From IMG/VR virus record IMGVR_UViG_3300005274_000001, positions 64,001 to 128,000 of that record: 64,000 nucleotides of DNA, one strand, 5' to 3'. Below, in pieces: positions 1-9,531 of the stretch. The DNA is from a virus. The notes below the pieces were generated by a model, which did no database searches, was not told where the DNA came from, and saw only the letters and a list, made by a program, of their open reading frames with translations. Both the position numbers and the translations under genes were made by a program. Each line of letters starts with the position of its first letter. The stretch's first letter is position 1.

Positions 1-19
1 TTGCCGTGTTCTTTCCCAT
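1..19 (-). CDS. 5' end of a gene running off the left edge (MGKNTA...)
   Basis: ATG at 19 preceded by AAGGAGGT SD, a leader hairpin and TTGACA-N17-TATAGT (84-56). Confidence 0.7.
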
Positions 20-227
20 CTTGCACCTCCTTATCCCCTTTACGGGGACACTTTCACTATACCCCACATCTCCTCTTTTGTCAAGACCTATCTAGGGGGG
101 TGATTTTGGGGGGGGGCAAAGCGTGTAGATTTGATGATTGTCGCGGGATGTTGAAGATAGTTGTGTGTAAACGCTAAAGCATAGATTGGGGGGGGTTTAA
201 TGAAAGTAAACGCTAGGGGATAGATTT

Positions 228-962
228 TTAAAAGGTTTCTTTTATTTTTCCCTCCAAAAGAATGCCGTAAAACTTTCTTATTGTAGAGATTTGTGTAATT
301 TCTATGTCCTCTTTTGGCCCGTAAAAATCAGATATTTTTTCAATAAAGGAAAATAGAAACATATTACTAGCAAAAGAAAATAAAAAGGAAAAGATGGGAA
401 CAAAAACGAAGATTTCTTCTCTTTCATAGATTTCAATGATTTTTGTGATTTTTTTAAGTGTGTGTAAATGAATAGTGAATGGTATTGCTGTGTTGTATTT
501 GTAGAGCGTGAATTTTTTTACTTCTTTTTCTCTTGCAAATTCAAAGTCTTCTTCTAGAGATTCTAAAATGTGAAGTTTCGTATACTCATGAAAGTTTTCA
601 AAGAAATTTTTCAGTTTGTCTTTTAAATCTTCTTTTCTTTCTACAATAGAAATAAGTGTATCTTGTTCTGGGCTGCCGCTATAGAAAGCTTTGCTGATAT
701 ATCTCTTATCGTTTTCGTATCTTTCGCTATAGTCATTTCCTTCATATAGTGCGACAAAATTCACTTTTAACTCTAGCCACAAAATATGATCGTTTATAAA
801 GTTTATTAGCGTTTCTTCTATAGATTTGAGAAAACTTTTTTGTGGACAAAAAATTTCTTGTGTTAAGTTTGGTTTCACTTGATTGATTTTTTCTATTGCT
901 TCTTCAAAATTTTTGCTTTCTTTGACTATGTTTATTAGAGCAACTTTTTCTACCTCTTTCAT
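228..962 (-). CDS. Hypothetical protein, EVF-tail array member (ends KETF)
   Basis: ORF track 228-983; ATG at 962 follows TG-C-TATCAT -10 box so is the likelier start. Confidence 0.8.
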   Translation of the reverse strand: MKEVEKVALINIVKESKNFEEAIEKINQVKPNLTQEIFCPQKSFLKSIEETLINFINDHILWLELKVNFVALYEGNDYSERYENDKRYISKAFYSGSPEQDTLISIVERKEDLKDKLKNFFENFHEYTKLHILESLEEDFEFAREKEVKKFTLYKYNTAIPFTIHLHTLKKITKIIEIYEREEIFVFVPIFSFLFSFASNMFLFSFIEKISDFYGPKEDIEITQISTIRKFYGILLEGKIKETF

Positions 963-1053
963 GTTTTGAACATGATAGCACAAAACGCAATGAAGAGATA
1001 AGGAAAGCGTTTACTTGTTTTTGCACAAAATAAAAAACACAAAACATTCTTTC

Positions 1054-1539
1054 TTAATCGTAAACAATCAAAATAGCATTCTTTGATATTCCTAGTTTAA
1101 TAGCTTCATCATATGTGTCAACTACAATATCTGCTGATCTTTTGTATCTAGCATTCATTGTGTCATAAATGACACCTTCAAAGATTCCTAAATCTGAGAT
1201 GATTTTAGCTTTTTTGCCGCAAAGATATTTTCTACGATTTTTGTCAAAGAACAAATCTTGTGAGATTGCTATGATTGTTTCTTTAACTTTCTTTATTGGG
1301 CCACAAGAAGCAATATCTGGAGTACTATCGGTTTGATTTTTTGTTAAGTTATAGAAAGATAATCTTTCTAGCTTATAAGCTTTTACGCCAAAATCTTCTT
1401 TGCTTTTTTCTCTAATGTAAAAATTTTTTGCGATTTCATATTTCTTAGAGATAAGATTTTCTTTCATGTTTTGATAATCATTAATCATTATTGGACCCAA
1501 AAGCAAGAAACTTATAGCCAAAATCCTTTTCATCGGCAC
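1054..1539 (-). CDS. Exported 3D-domain / double-psi beta-barrel protein (lytic transglycosylase-like)
   Basis: N-terminal hydrophobic segment; TDSTPDIASCG, IAISQDL, DTMNARY, SADI three-Asp pattern. Confidence 0.65.
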   Translation of the reverse strand: MPMKRILAISFLLLGPIMINDYQNMKENLISKKYEIAKNFYIREKSKEDFGVKAYKLERLSFYNLTKNQTDSTPDIASCGPIKKVKETIIAISQDLFFDKNRRKYLCGKKAKIISDLGIFEGVIYDTMNARYKRSADIVVDTYDEAIKLGISKNAILIVYD

Positions 1540-1652
1540 CTCCCCAAGGCACTATAGCAGGACAAGGCTTTTTTGGCAAGCCTTAAAAGGCTATAAGTGT
1601 ATCGCCTCTTCCATAGAAAGAAAGCAAAGAAAGCGTTTACTTATAAAGGCAT

Positions 1653-1690
1653 AAGAAGAAAACCTCCCCAAAAGGGGAGGTTTTCTTCTT
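1653..1690 (-). terminator. Intrinsic terminator (potentially bidirectional)
   Basis: Perfect 17-bp inverted repeat AAGAAGAAAACCTCCCC-AAAA-GGGGAGGTTTTCTTCTT just after the 1703 stop. Confidence 0.85.
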
Positions 1691-1702
1691 CAAGTATGTA
1701 GA

Positions 1703-2074
1703 TTAACCTACATACCTGAACACGGGCACTACGCTAGGGTGGGGGACTACCTCAATGATGAGCCTTTTGTTGTCCCAAGAACTGATGATTAGCCCATCAT
1801 CAAGGTAGAGATAAATGTTCTTATCTCCCCTTGGGACGACAAAGAAGTTAGCCCACCTTCCCTGAAACTCTTCAGGGACACCCCTAAGGCTAGGGCCAAT
1901 ATACTCCACCAGGATGCGCCTAATGCTAGAAACCTCCACAAAGGCCCTAACGCTAAGCGCATCCTCGCCTTTCTTGACATTCCCGCCAATCTTCACATCA
2001 GCAGGAATGCCCCACTTCCCAAGGTACCCCTTGACCTCTTCCAGAATCTTGTCCCTAAGCTCTTTCTCCACCAT
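1703..2074 (-). CDS. Hypothetical protein, monocistronic, GC-richer than neighbours
   Basis: Own promoter (2150-2122), AGGAGGAGGT SD, terminator. Confidence 0.85.
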   Translation of the reverse strand: MVEKELRDKILEEVKGYLGKWGIPADVKIGGNVKKGEDALSVRAFVEVSSIRRILVEYIGPSLRGVPEEFQGRWANFFVVPRGDKNIYLYLDDGLIISSWDNKRLIIEVVPHPSVVPVFRYVG

Positions 2075-2282
2075 CTCACACCTCCTCCTAAAGCATACTT
2101 CCGTATGCTTTAGGCACCTTTAGCATAGCACACCCCTCGCCTTGTGTCAAGCCCCCCCCTGCCCTAAGCGTTTCCGTGATGTTTTCGTGCGCTTGAGCGA
2201 GAAAGGCGAGTTGTAAACGCTTTGTGGGAAATAAACGCTGAAACGCTTAATCAGAAAATGGGGTATTTTATTTTTTGGGGGA

Positions 2283-2882
2283 TTAAAAATTTTCTTCTAT
2301 CTCAAAAAGAACGCAAATATAGCTTCTAAAAACGACAATACTTTCTTTTTTATTTGATAGCGAAACTTGGGAGATTAAAGGAAAGTATATTTCTCTTTCT
2401 TTGGCGAAATCTTCTTCTTTTGCCGGATAAAAGAAAATGTTTTTGCTTTCTATTGTTTGATAGGATCTCGTTATTGGGCTGTAAAATTTTTGTTGTACTG
2501 TTTTTATCTTCATGAGAAAAGGCTTTGTTGATTTAATGAGGTATCTCTTTTCTTCATCGTTAACATAGTTTGTATACATGCTTTCAAAAAATACATCTAA
2601 AAATTCTTCTAAGCCGCTTTCTAAATCTTCTTTACTTGGAAACATATCAAAAGTTTTTCTTAGGTAAAAGAAAGGCTTATTTACAGCTTCTAAATGAGAG
2701 AAAGAGTTATCTAATCTTTTTTCCTTTAGCTGAAAAAGCATAGATTTTCTAAAAAGCTTTGGTTTTCTAAGAAAAAGAAGCTCTTTGTTTTGTTCAAGGA
2801 TTTTTTCAACTTCTTCGTAAATCATTGAACTAACCTCTTCTAAATCAAAACTTCTATCTAACAAGACAAGCTCCGTCTGCAT
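2283..2882 (-). CDS. Hypothetical protein, array member (ends EENF), leaderless
   Basis: TTGACA-N17-TAATCT-N6-ATG. Confidence 0.85.
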   Translation of the reverse strand: MQTELVLLDRSFDLEEVSSMIYEEVEKILEQNKELLFLRKPKLFRKSMLFQLKEKRLDNSFSHLEAVNKPFFYLRKTFDMFPSKEDLESGLEEFLDVFFESMYTNYVNDEEKRYLIKSTKPFLMKIKTVQQKFYSPITRSYQTIESKNIFFYPAKEEDFAKEREIYFPLISQVSLSNKKESIVVFRSYICVLFEIEENF

Positions 2883-2988
2883 ACCTTAAGATTAGCAAAG
2901 CCTTACAGCGGTGTCAAGAGTTAAAAGATGAAGATGGCGTTTATTTGTTTTTTCGCAAAAAAGTGAAAAAATCAAAAACAAACACTTC

Positions 2989-3408
2989 TTAATACACATC
3001 AACTAACCTAACATACTCAACTTCACCAAAGAATATATAAACCAAATCTTTTTTGTTGTGAAAACCTAGTATTGGTTTGTGAACCAAAACATTAGAATCT
3101 ACATCCTTTCTCAAATAGTGCACTATTAAGTCTTTATAACTAGCGATTGACATCATATAAGTAACTGTTTGTATTCTAAGACTTTCAAAGTCTTCTTCGC
3201 TTAACATTGTTTCCAAAACAAACATTTTATCTTCAGACCAACGAGTTAACGCATGTTTATAAATGCCAAACTCTTTCTTGTAGGCAGAAAAGGCGTTTTC
3301 AAAGTTTTTATAGTAGCGGATTTTGTAAGTGTAACTCCGCAAAGCATATTTTGGATCATAAAAGGGCTGTACAAAGAAATACTTCTTTTTCTTAATGTCC
3401 AAAATCAC
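2989..3408 (-). CDS. Hypothetical protein, array member (ends DVY)
   Basis: GTG start with AGGAGGT SD. Confidence 0.8.
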   Translation of the reverse strand: MILDIKKKKYFFVQPFYDPKYALRSYTYKIRYYKNFENAFSAYKKEFGIYKHALTRWSEDKMFVLETMLSEEDFESLRIQTVTYMMSIASYKDLIVHYLRKDVDSNVLVHKPILGFHNKKDLVYIFFGEVEYVRLVDVY

Positions 3409-3538
3409 GGCTCACCTCCTAGCCCCCAAGCTAACACAAGGGGTGATAAAAGGCAAGAGGGGGCCTTGGTATGGGGGGGTATTAAAATAGGGAGCCCAAA
3501 AATATGTGGATAGCGTTTACTTAGTTTTGGGTAAAAGA

Positions 3539-3564
3539 AAAACCTCCCCTTTCGGGGAGGTTTT
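3539..3564 (-). terminator. Intrinsic terminator
   Basis: Minus strand AAAACCTCCCC-GAAA-GGGGAGGTTTT followed by T-rich run; same stem as 1653-1690. Confidence 0.85.
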
Positions 3565-3576
3565 GTGTGCTTCTTG

Positions 3577-3816
3577 CTATTCAATCAAGATTTTCCTTAT
3601 CTTACCATTCCTTTCCTCAACCCTAACCTTACCATATTTAGTATCCTCGTAGCCAATCACTTTCCATGTAGTATTCTTGCGGCAATCTTCACAATATTTA
3701 GGAGGCTTTGTAGCAGTTTCTGCTACAAACTCCTTTTGGCACTTTTGGCAGACAATCAGAACTTTCTTAGTAGAAATCCTACGGGTTTTGGTGCCGTTTT
3801 TGCTGATCCTGCTCAT
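3577..3816 (-). CDS. Small basic zinc-ribbon protein
   Basis: CQKC...CEDC; ATG at 3816 with GGAGGT SD and TTGACA-N17-TATCCT promoter. Confidence 0.75.
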   Translation of the reverse strand: MSRISKNGTKTRRISTKKVLIVCQKCQKEFVAETATKPPKYCEDCRKNTTWKVIGYEDTKYGKVRVEERNGKIRKILIE

Positions 3817-3964
3817 ATCTTCACCTCCACCCCCAGGATACCACAAAAAAAGATGATTGTCAAGGGGGGGTGAGAGGGTTTACCTCGGTTGGACTGGTTT
3901 TGCGTGAACTTCAGACTGCAAGGTTGCGAAGTTTGGAAGGGGATTGTTAAAAATAAACGCTTAA

Positions 3965-4372
3965 TCATAAATTGTCAGTTTCTTTATTTTCTTCTAGTTC
4001 CCTCATCTTTTTAGCATAAAAACACTCTAAGAAGATGATAAAAAGTGTGTTAAATAGGAGATAAAGAACTAAGTCATTTGTATAAATCTTTTTTGTTATC
4101 ATTTCTGTGGCAAAAAGAAAAATAAATTGAATTACAATGAAAGCTAATATTAAAATCCTTAAAAGAGAAATATTTTTGAAATCTGGATAAGTTTTCAAAT
4201 AAGAATCCTCAGATTTTTTGCCAAAATTCATCATGAATATCGCAAACAAAATATAAAATTCCTTTTCGCTTGAAGCTAATAATTTTGCAACAATAAAAGA
4301 AAATGCATTATAGATTAAATAGAAAAACATTGACATCCGTAATACATAGATGTGTGTTTCGTACCTGCTCAC
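3965..4372 (-). CDS. Small integral membrane protein (about 4 TM)
   Basis: Four hydrophobic stretches in 135 aa. Confidence 0.75.
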   Translation of the reverse strand: MSRYETHIYVLRMSMFFYLIYNAFSFIVAKLLASSEKEFYILFAIFMMNFGKKSEDSYLKTYPDFKNISLLRILILAFIVIQFIFLFATEMITKKIYTNDLVLYLLFNTLFIIFLECFYAKKMRELEENKETDNL

Positions 4373-4382
4373 TTTTCACCTC

Positions 4383-4922
4383 TCAGAAAGAAATGTTCTT
4401 TTTCACAATATAAGCGTCTGCATATACTCTAAAAACATTATCTACCTTATCTTTAAACTCTACCTCAATTTTGAAAATCTTTATTGGCACCAAAAGATAA
4501 GCTGGTACTCTTTGTAAAACTTGCAAATCATCACATGCTCTAAAAAGTTCTTTAAAAGACCTAAAGAAAAACGCATGATTCTCTGCCTTTTTTAAATTTT
4601 TCAAGTCTTCTAAGAAGTCATAAACTTCTCTATTTATAAAAGCTTTTCTCACTACGCTAACAGGATAAAGTAGCCAATATATGTCTTTCAAATCCACATT
4701 TTCTACCGAAACAATTTTAAGGTCTTTTAGTTTTAATATTTTTGGTCCTAATCCTTTGTTCAACCTTTGAAAATCTTTTTCTATTTGAGAAAAATCGTCT
4801 TTGAAAACAATATTGTTATGGATAACTGAAAACAATTTTTCTGACATCTTTTGAATATGATCTTTTTCATTAAAGACTGCATATCGTTTATGTAAAACAT
4901 CTAAGAATGGTGGTACTTCCAT
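4383..4922 (-). CDS. Hypothetical protein, array member (ends ISF)
   Basis: ORF, GGGGAGGT SD, upstream TTGACA promoter. Confidence 0.8.
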   Translation of the reverse strand: MEVPPFLDVLHKRYAVFNEKDHIQKMSEKLFSVIHNNIVFKDDFSQIEKDFQRLNKGLGPKILKLKDLKIVSVENVDLKDIYWLLYPVSVVRKAFINREVYDFLEDLKNLKKAENHAFFFRSFKELFRACDDLQVLQRVPAYLLVPIKIFKIEVEFKDKVDNVFRVYADAYIVKKNISF

Positions 4923-5035
4923 TTAGGTTCACCTCCCCCAAGGGGAGTGTAACGCAAGCCTAGGCGCTTGTCAAGGGTGCTTAATGAATATAAAGGTGCT
5001 TGCTCTTGTAATAGGTAGAATTTTCTTATTTTTGC

Positions 5036-5707
5036 TCAGAAAATTTCTTTAAAAACCACATAAAAGGTGAGGCCAAATATAGTTTTCCTTCTTATAAAGA
5101 CATTCTCATCTTGTTTGATTTTTGTTAATGAGTAAAACATAGGAATTAATACACAAGTAGAAGCAACCTCTGGTTTTTTAACAGAAATAAACAAGTCTTT
5201 TATAAGATTTTCTCTTGTAGTTGGTCTTAAGTAAAACCATTCATTAAAAATTCGATTTGTTTTAGGGGGTTTGGGGCCTTTTTCAACAATAAAGATTTTC
5301 GTTTTGTCAAAAAGTTTTAACTCCACTTCAAAAGATTTTATTTCACCAAGATACTTTTTGAATAAATCCACCTCCGCTTCTATGGTGTGAAAAAGATTTG
5401 ATTTTACATTACGATGTATCATTTCAAATTCTACATTTTTTGAAACCCTATTAAGTTCAAAATATTCGCTATGAACTCTTTTCTTTAATGTTTCTCTAAA
5501 ACCAACTTTACTCTGCATTATATATTCCCAAAAACAGAAACTTTGACGATCAAATAAAAAGGGTACATATTGTCCTTTTTTAAGTTTTTTAATGAAGCCA
5601 ACGCTTTCTAAATAAAAATCCTTTAGTTGGTGGGGATTGGAGAAAAAGTGATTGACTTTTTTAAACTGCTTCTCTTCTTCAATCGTTCTTTTTTGACGCA
5701 CCCTCAT
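5036..5707 (-). CDS. Hypothetical protein, array member (ends KEIF), leaderless
   Basis: TTGACT-N17-TATGCT-N6-ATG at 5707. Confidence 0.8.
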   Translation of the reverse strand: MRVRQKRTIEEEKQFKKVNHFFSNPHQLKDFYLESVGFIKKLKKGQYVPFLFDRQSFCFWEYIMQSKVGFRETLKKRVHSEYFELNRVSKNVEFEMIHRNVKSNLFHTIEAEVDLFKKYLGEIKSFEVELKLFDKTKIFIVEKGPKPPKTNRIFNEWFYLRPTTRENLIKDLFISVKKPEVASTCVLIPMFYSLTKIKQDENVFIRRKTIFGLTFYVVFKEIF

Positions 5708-5816
5708 AGCCAAAGCATAGCAAAGAAGGCCCCTTCAGTCAAGGTAAGTTCACCGAGGATAAAATATTAGGATAGCGTTTACTTGTTTTTAACGAATTAA
5801 AAAATCAAGAGCTTCA

Positions 5817-6359
5817 TTAGAAAACCTCGTTAAGCCTATAAAAGCAAATCTTTCCTAGCATTGCAGAAACCTCTATTTTTAGAGAGGTTTCTTCAGGTTT
5901 TGTATTTTCAAAGGTTATATAGTAATCGGGAATAAAGATTTGACCTTTTTTAAAATCAAAGATGTTGTCAATAGCGTAAAAGTATTTCTTGCTTACAACT
6001 TTAACTCTTATTTTGTCGCTATAAAGTCCACTTATTCCATTTGATGGAATAGCATAATCTGCTATGTAAAAAGCTATATCGTTTTTAAAAGTTTTTATTT
6101 TTTTTATCGCAAATTTGTCAAGAAGCGATTCAAAAGGTGCAGATCTATAGTGATAAAGATTTTTAACAAATAAAGTTCCCAGATCAAGAATTGTGTCTAT
6201 ATCATATTTGTCTTCCTCAAAAATCATCATTGGAAACCTTTTCTTTTCATTAAAGTCAAACTTATTTCCATTTTGAGTAATATAGTATCTAAACACTACA
6301 AGCGCCTCGTCAATGAAGATTTTCTCAAAAACTTCTGTATCTATCACTTTTCTAATCAT
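5817..6359 (-). CDS. Hypothetical protein, array member (ends NEVF)
   Basis: TGATG stop/start overlap with upstream gene. Confidence 0.85.
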   Translation of the reverse strand: MIRKVIDTEVFEKIFIDEALVVFRYYITQNGNKFDFNEKKRFPMMIFEEDKYDIDTILDLGTLFVKNLYHYRSAPFESLLDKFAIKKIKTFKNDIAFYIADYAIPSNGISGLYSDKIRVKVVSKKYFYAIDNIFDFKKGQIFIPDYYITFENTKPEETSLKIEVSAMLGKICFYRLNEVF

Positions 6360-6889
6360 CAGAACACCTCCTCTATTTCGTATTCATACAAAGTTCCGAT
6401 TAGTCCTTCTATCATTCCAGAAAGTTCATCTGTATCTTTCAAAAGTATTTTCCTTTGCGCAGCAAATAAAGTATCGCCTTCTATTACTTCTTTTAAATTT
6501 TTTATCTCTTCTATTTGAGAAGGCCTAAGATAAACAATAGACATTTTGTAGTCATTAATAACATGTTCGCTATAATCATCAATAAAAACCGAGAAATACT
6601 TTTTTTCAATGGCTTTGCTACAAATAACCTTTGTGCTGAAAGTTTTCAACAAATCTCTCTCAAGAGATAAACACGACAAGTTGTTGTAAAAATACTCAAT
6701 TGATCTGTAAAAAGTTTTGTTGTCTACGAAATCACAAATAATGAAAGATTTGTACAAAGAAAACTCTCCTACTATTTCGTCAGCAAAGCGATTGTTTTTG
6801 CTGGGATAATAGTCTAGTTCTAGATATGCTTTATATCTCTTCAAGATTTTAAAGGACTTTGACTCCAAGAAACCTTCTATTGCTTTCAT
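6359..6889 (-). CDS. Hypothetical protein, array member (ends EEVF); paralog of 7601-8122
   Basis: KAYLELDYYPS...IEGLIGTLY matches KAYMEVTYHPS...IEGLVGTLY; start set to MKAIEG by alignment. Confidence 0.85.
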   Translation of the reverse strand: MKAIEGFLESKSFKILKRYKAYLELDYYPSKNNRFADEIVGEFSLYKSFIICDFVDNKTFYRSIEYFYNNLSCLSLERDLLKTFSTKVICSKAIEKKYFSVFIDDYSEHVINDYKMSIVYLRPSQIEEIKNLKEVIEGDTLFAAQRKILLKDTDELSGMIEGLIGTLYEYEIEEVF

Positions 6890-6933
6890 TCTAACCCCCC
6901 CCTTTCTTAAAAACATAATCATATCAATGAAAC

Positions 6934-7440
6934 TTAAAAAATCTCTTCACGATACTTTACTCTATATATTCTTCCAACAAAACATTTTTCAATGAGTTCC
7001 ACCCTTTTAAACCATCTGCCTTCTCTAAAGGACTCAACAACAGAATCAACAATAAGCAAGTAAACTTCAGGAAAAAGTATTTCTAAATCTTTTATTTTCT
7101 CTCCTATGTGATTTACTTTTGAAATCTTCATTCTATCGTAAACATAAGGTGTGAGAATTCCTCTTTTGTTAGAAATAACCTTTTCATTACCACTACAAGC
7201 TATAACATAGCAATCATACTCAGGGTCAAGAACTTGGTAAAAATAAATGTATTTGCGTCCTATCTTGTCAGTTGTTAGCTTAGATATCTTTTTCAAGTAT
7301 TCCTCTTTGTTCAAAATCTTCACTTCTCTATATACGCCTCTAGAGAAAAAGTAGTTGGCATTTAAGATTTCTAAAAAAGGCAAAAAGTTTTTGAGGCTTT
7401 TGTAATCTTCTAGTTCTTTAATAATGCTTTCCCCCACCAT
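6934..7440 (-). CDS. Hypothetical protein, array member (ends EEIF); paralog of 8777-9283
   Basis: Shared FLPFLEI and GRIYRVKY; both 168 aa. Confidence 0.85.
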   Translation of the reverse strand: MVGESIIKELEDYKSLKNFLPFLEILNANYFFSRGVYREVKILNKEEYLKKISKLTTDKIGRKYIYFYQVLDPEYDCYVIACSGNEKVISNKRGILTPYVYDRMKISKVNHIGEKIKDLEILFPEVYLLIVDSVVESFREGRWFKRVELIEKCFVGRIYRVKYREEIF

Positions 7441-7600
7441 GACACCTCCCCGATTAAAGACTACTGCTAAGGCCCTAGAAAGTCAAGAGGAGAGAGGCAG
7501 GGCTTTATGAAGCACAAAAGCTAGTGGGGGGGGAGATATGTTTAGGATAGCGTTTACTTATTTTTAATAAAACTGGGACTATTCACTATGTCTTTAATCA

Positions 7601-8122
7601 TCAAAACACCTCATTAACCTTATATGTATACAAAGTGCCCACTAACCCTTCTATTATTCCTGAATATTCATCAACATCATCTAGAAATACTTTTCTTTTT
7701 GCAACAAATAAAGTATCAGCATCTAGCAAATCTTTCACATCTTTTATTTCTGTTATTTGCTGTGGCCTAAGATAAGCAACACGTACCCATAAACTTTCTT
7801 CAAGAGTTGGATAAATGCTAAATACGATTGAATAATACTCTTTGTTTATTTTTTCCTCACCCAAAAATCCTACATCAAATTCCTTTGAACCACCTCTTTT
7901 AACAGGAACAGATAAGAATCTATTGTAAAAATGTTCAATGCGCTTATAAAAAACTTGGTATTTCTCAGAATAATCACAAGTAATAAGTGTTTTATAGGAT
8001 TCAAAACTAGAAACTATTTCTTTAGCAAAAATATTTCTTTCGCTAGGATGATAAGTAACTTCCATATAAGCCTTCTTTTTGCTAAGAATTTCAAATGGGG
8101 CTGCTTTTAGAAATCTTTCCAT
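7601..8122 (-). CDS. Hypothetical protein, array member (ends NEVF)
   Basis: Paralog of 6359-6889. Confidence 0.85.
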   Translation of the reverse strand: MERFLKAAPFEILSKKKAYMEVTYHPSERNIFAKEIVSSFESYKTLITCDYSEKYQVFYKRIEHFYNRFLSVPVKRGGSKEFDVGFLGEEKINKEYYSIVFSIYPTLEESLWVRVAYLRPQQITEIKDVKDLLDADTLFVAKRKVFLDDVDEYSGIIEGLVGTLYTYKVNEVF

Positions 8123-8137
8123 CCCATCACCCCCTTC

Positions 8138-8644
8138 TCAAAACTTGTAATCGTAGGTAATAAGACATCCTAAACCTACAATATTGTGTATCTTTTTTAG
8201 TTTACTGAAACCTGAGTTATTCAAGAAAAACTCATCAAGCTCAACAATTGGAAAAAACATGAAATCTGTAAAATAGTCTTCCAGGTTAGGTTTTATAAAT
8301 GAGAAAATGTTTCGCTCATTTATCTCTTTGAAAATAACTTTTCCATTTTCATCATTAGTTACATAGAGTATTTTTTCTTCTTCGTAAAATTTAACATTTT
8401 TTATTTTTCTGTTGGCATCTTCGTGCAAAGAAGATTTTATTGCACTTTCTACATATATTTCAAAGGAGCTTTTTCCTACATCTGTTTCATATATGTGAGA
8501 GATTGTTGAAAAAACTTCATCTCCGAAATAATAGTTTTTGATTATTACGATAGAAAAATAGCTCGGTCTAATAAGATTACTAATGTTTGCAATCTTTTCT
8601 TTTGTTAGACTAACATAGTCTTTTTTTACACTTACCTCTTTCAT
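8138..8644 (-). CDS. Hypothetical protein, array member (ends YKF)
   Basis: ORF with AGGAGGT SD and TTGACC promoter. Confidence 0.8.
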   Translation of the reverse strand: MKEVSVKKDYVSLTKEKIANISNLIRPSYFSIVIIKNYYFGDEVFSTISHIYETDVGKSSFEIYVESAIKSSLHEDANRKIKNVKFYEEEKILYVTNDENGKVIFKEINERNIFSFIKPNLEDYFTDFMFFPIVELDEFFLNNSGFSKLKKIHNIVGLGCLITYDYKF

Positions 8645-8776
8645 GCCTTCACCTCCTCTCCCTAGTTTAAAGGAGTGAGCGCCTTAGGTCAAGTGGAGCG
8701 CAATCGTTCAGGTGCATGTAAATAAAAGATAGCGTTTATTTGTTTTTCCTAAATAAGCATAGGAAATAAATTGATT

Positions 8777-9283
8777 TTAAAAAACTTCTTGACAATATTT
8801 GACTCTATAAATTCTTCCAAAAGTAGGTTCTGCAATAAGTTTTACTCTTTTTGTCAACACATTTTCCTTATAGGCGGCAATCCGATAATCAAGTACCAAA
8901 AGGTAAACATTAGGATAAAACTTGCCAAGAAACTCTATTTCTTTTTTAAAGTATTCTATCTCGCTAAGATTAAACCTAGCAAATGTATAAGAAGGAAGGT
9001 GTTTTGCAACATTGGAAAAAACTTTACTTTCTTTATACTCATGAGCCACAAAGTAGTATTTTATTTCGGGATCAAAAACTTGGTGGAAAAAAATGTATTC
9101 TTTGTCTTTTTTGTCAACTGCTAAGCGAGATATCATTCTGAGATAGTCTTCCTTTTCTATCATTCTTATTTCATTAGCAACGCCTTTCTCCGAATAAAAA
9201 TAGCTTGCTTCAATGATCTCCAAAAACGGAAGAAAGGATTTAATATCTTCAAAATCATTTAGATTTTTTATCAGACTTTGCAT
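8777..9283 (-). CDS. Hypothetical protein, array member (ends QEVF)
   Basis: Paralog of 6934-7440. Confidence 0.85.
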   Translation of the reverse strand: MQSLIKNLNDFEDIKSFLPFLEIIEASYFYSEKGVANEIRMIEKEDYLRMISRLAVDKKDKEYIFFHQVFDPEIKYYFVAHEYKESKVFSNVAKHLPSYTFARFNLSEIEYFKKEIEFLGKFYPNVYLLVLDYRIAAYKENVLTKRVKLIAEPTFGRIYRVKYCQEVF

Positions 9284-9531
9284 TCGCTCACCTCCTCCTC
9301 TCCCCTAAAGCCTACTACTAAAGCCTTATAAGGTCAAGGGGGGAATAGGAAAAGGCCTTGTGGGGATAGAGAGGGGGGACAAGATTTTACGAGGGAAAGG
9401 CTAGCAGGGAAATATATATTTAGAGGATAGCGTTTACTTGTTTTCTCTTTAAGTTTTAAAAAATAAAAAAACATTGGAAAGGAAGGTTTGTGAGGAGATT
9501 TAAGGAAGATTTGTGAGAGGATTTGTGGAAA

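Noticed and set aside
9478-9530. Purine-rich GGA..TTTGTG repeats after the vWA gene
   Set aside because: Short, degenerate, low complexity; no function can be supported.
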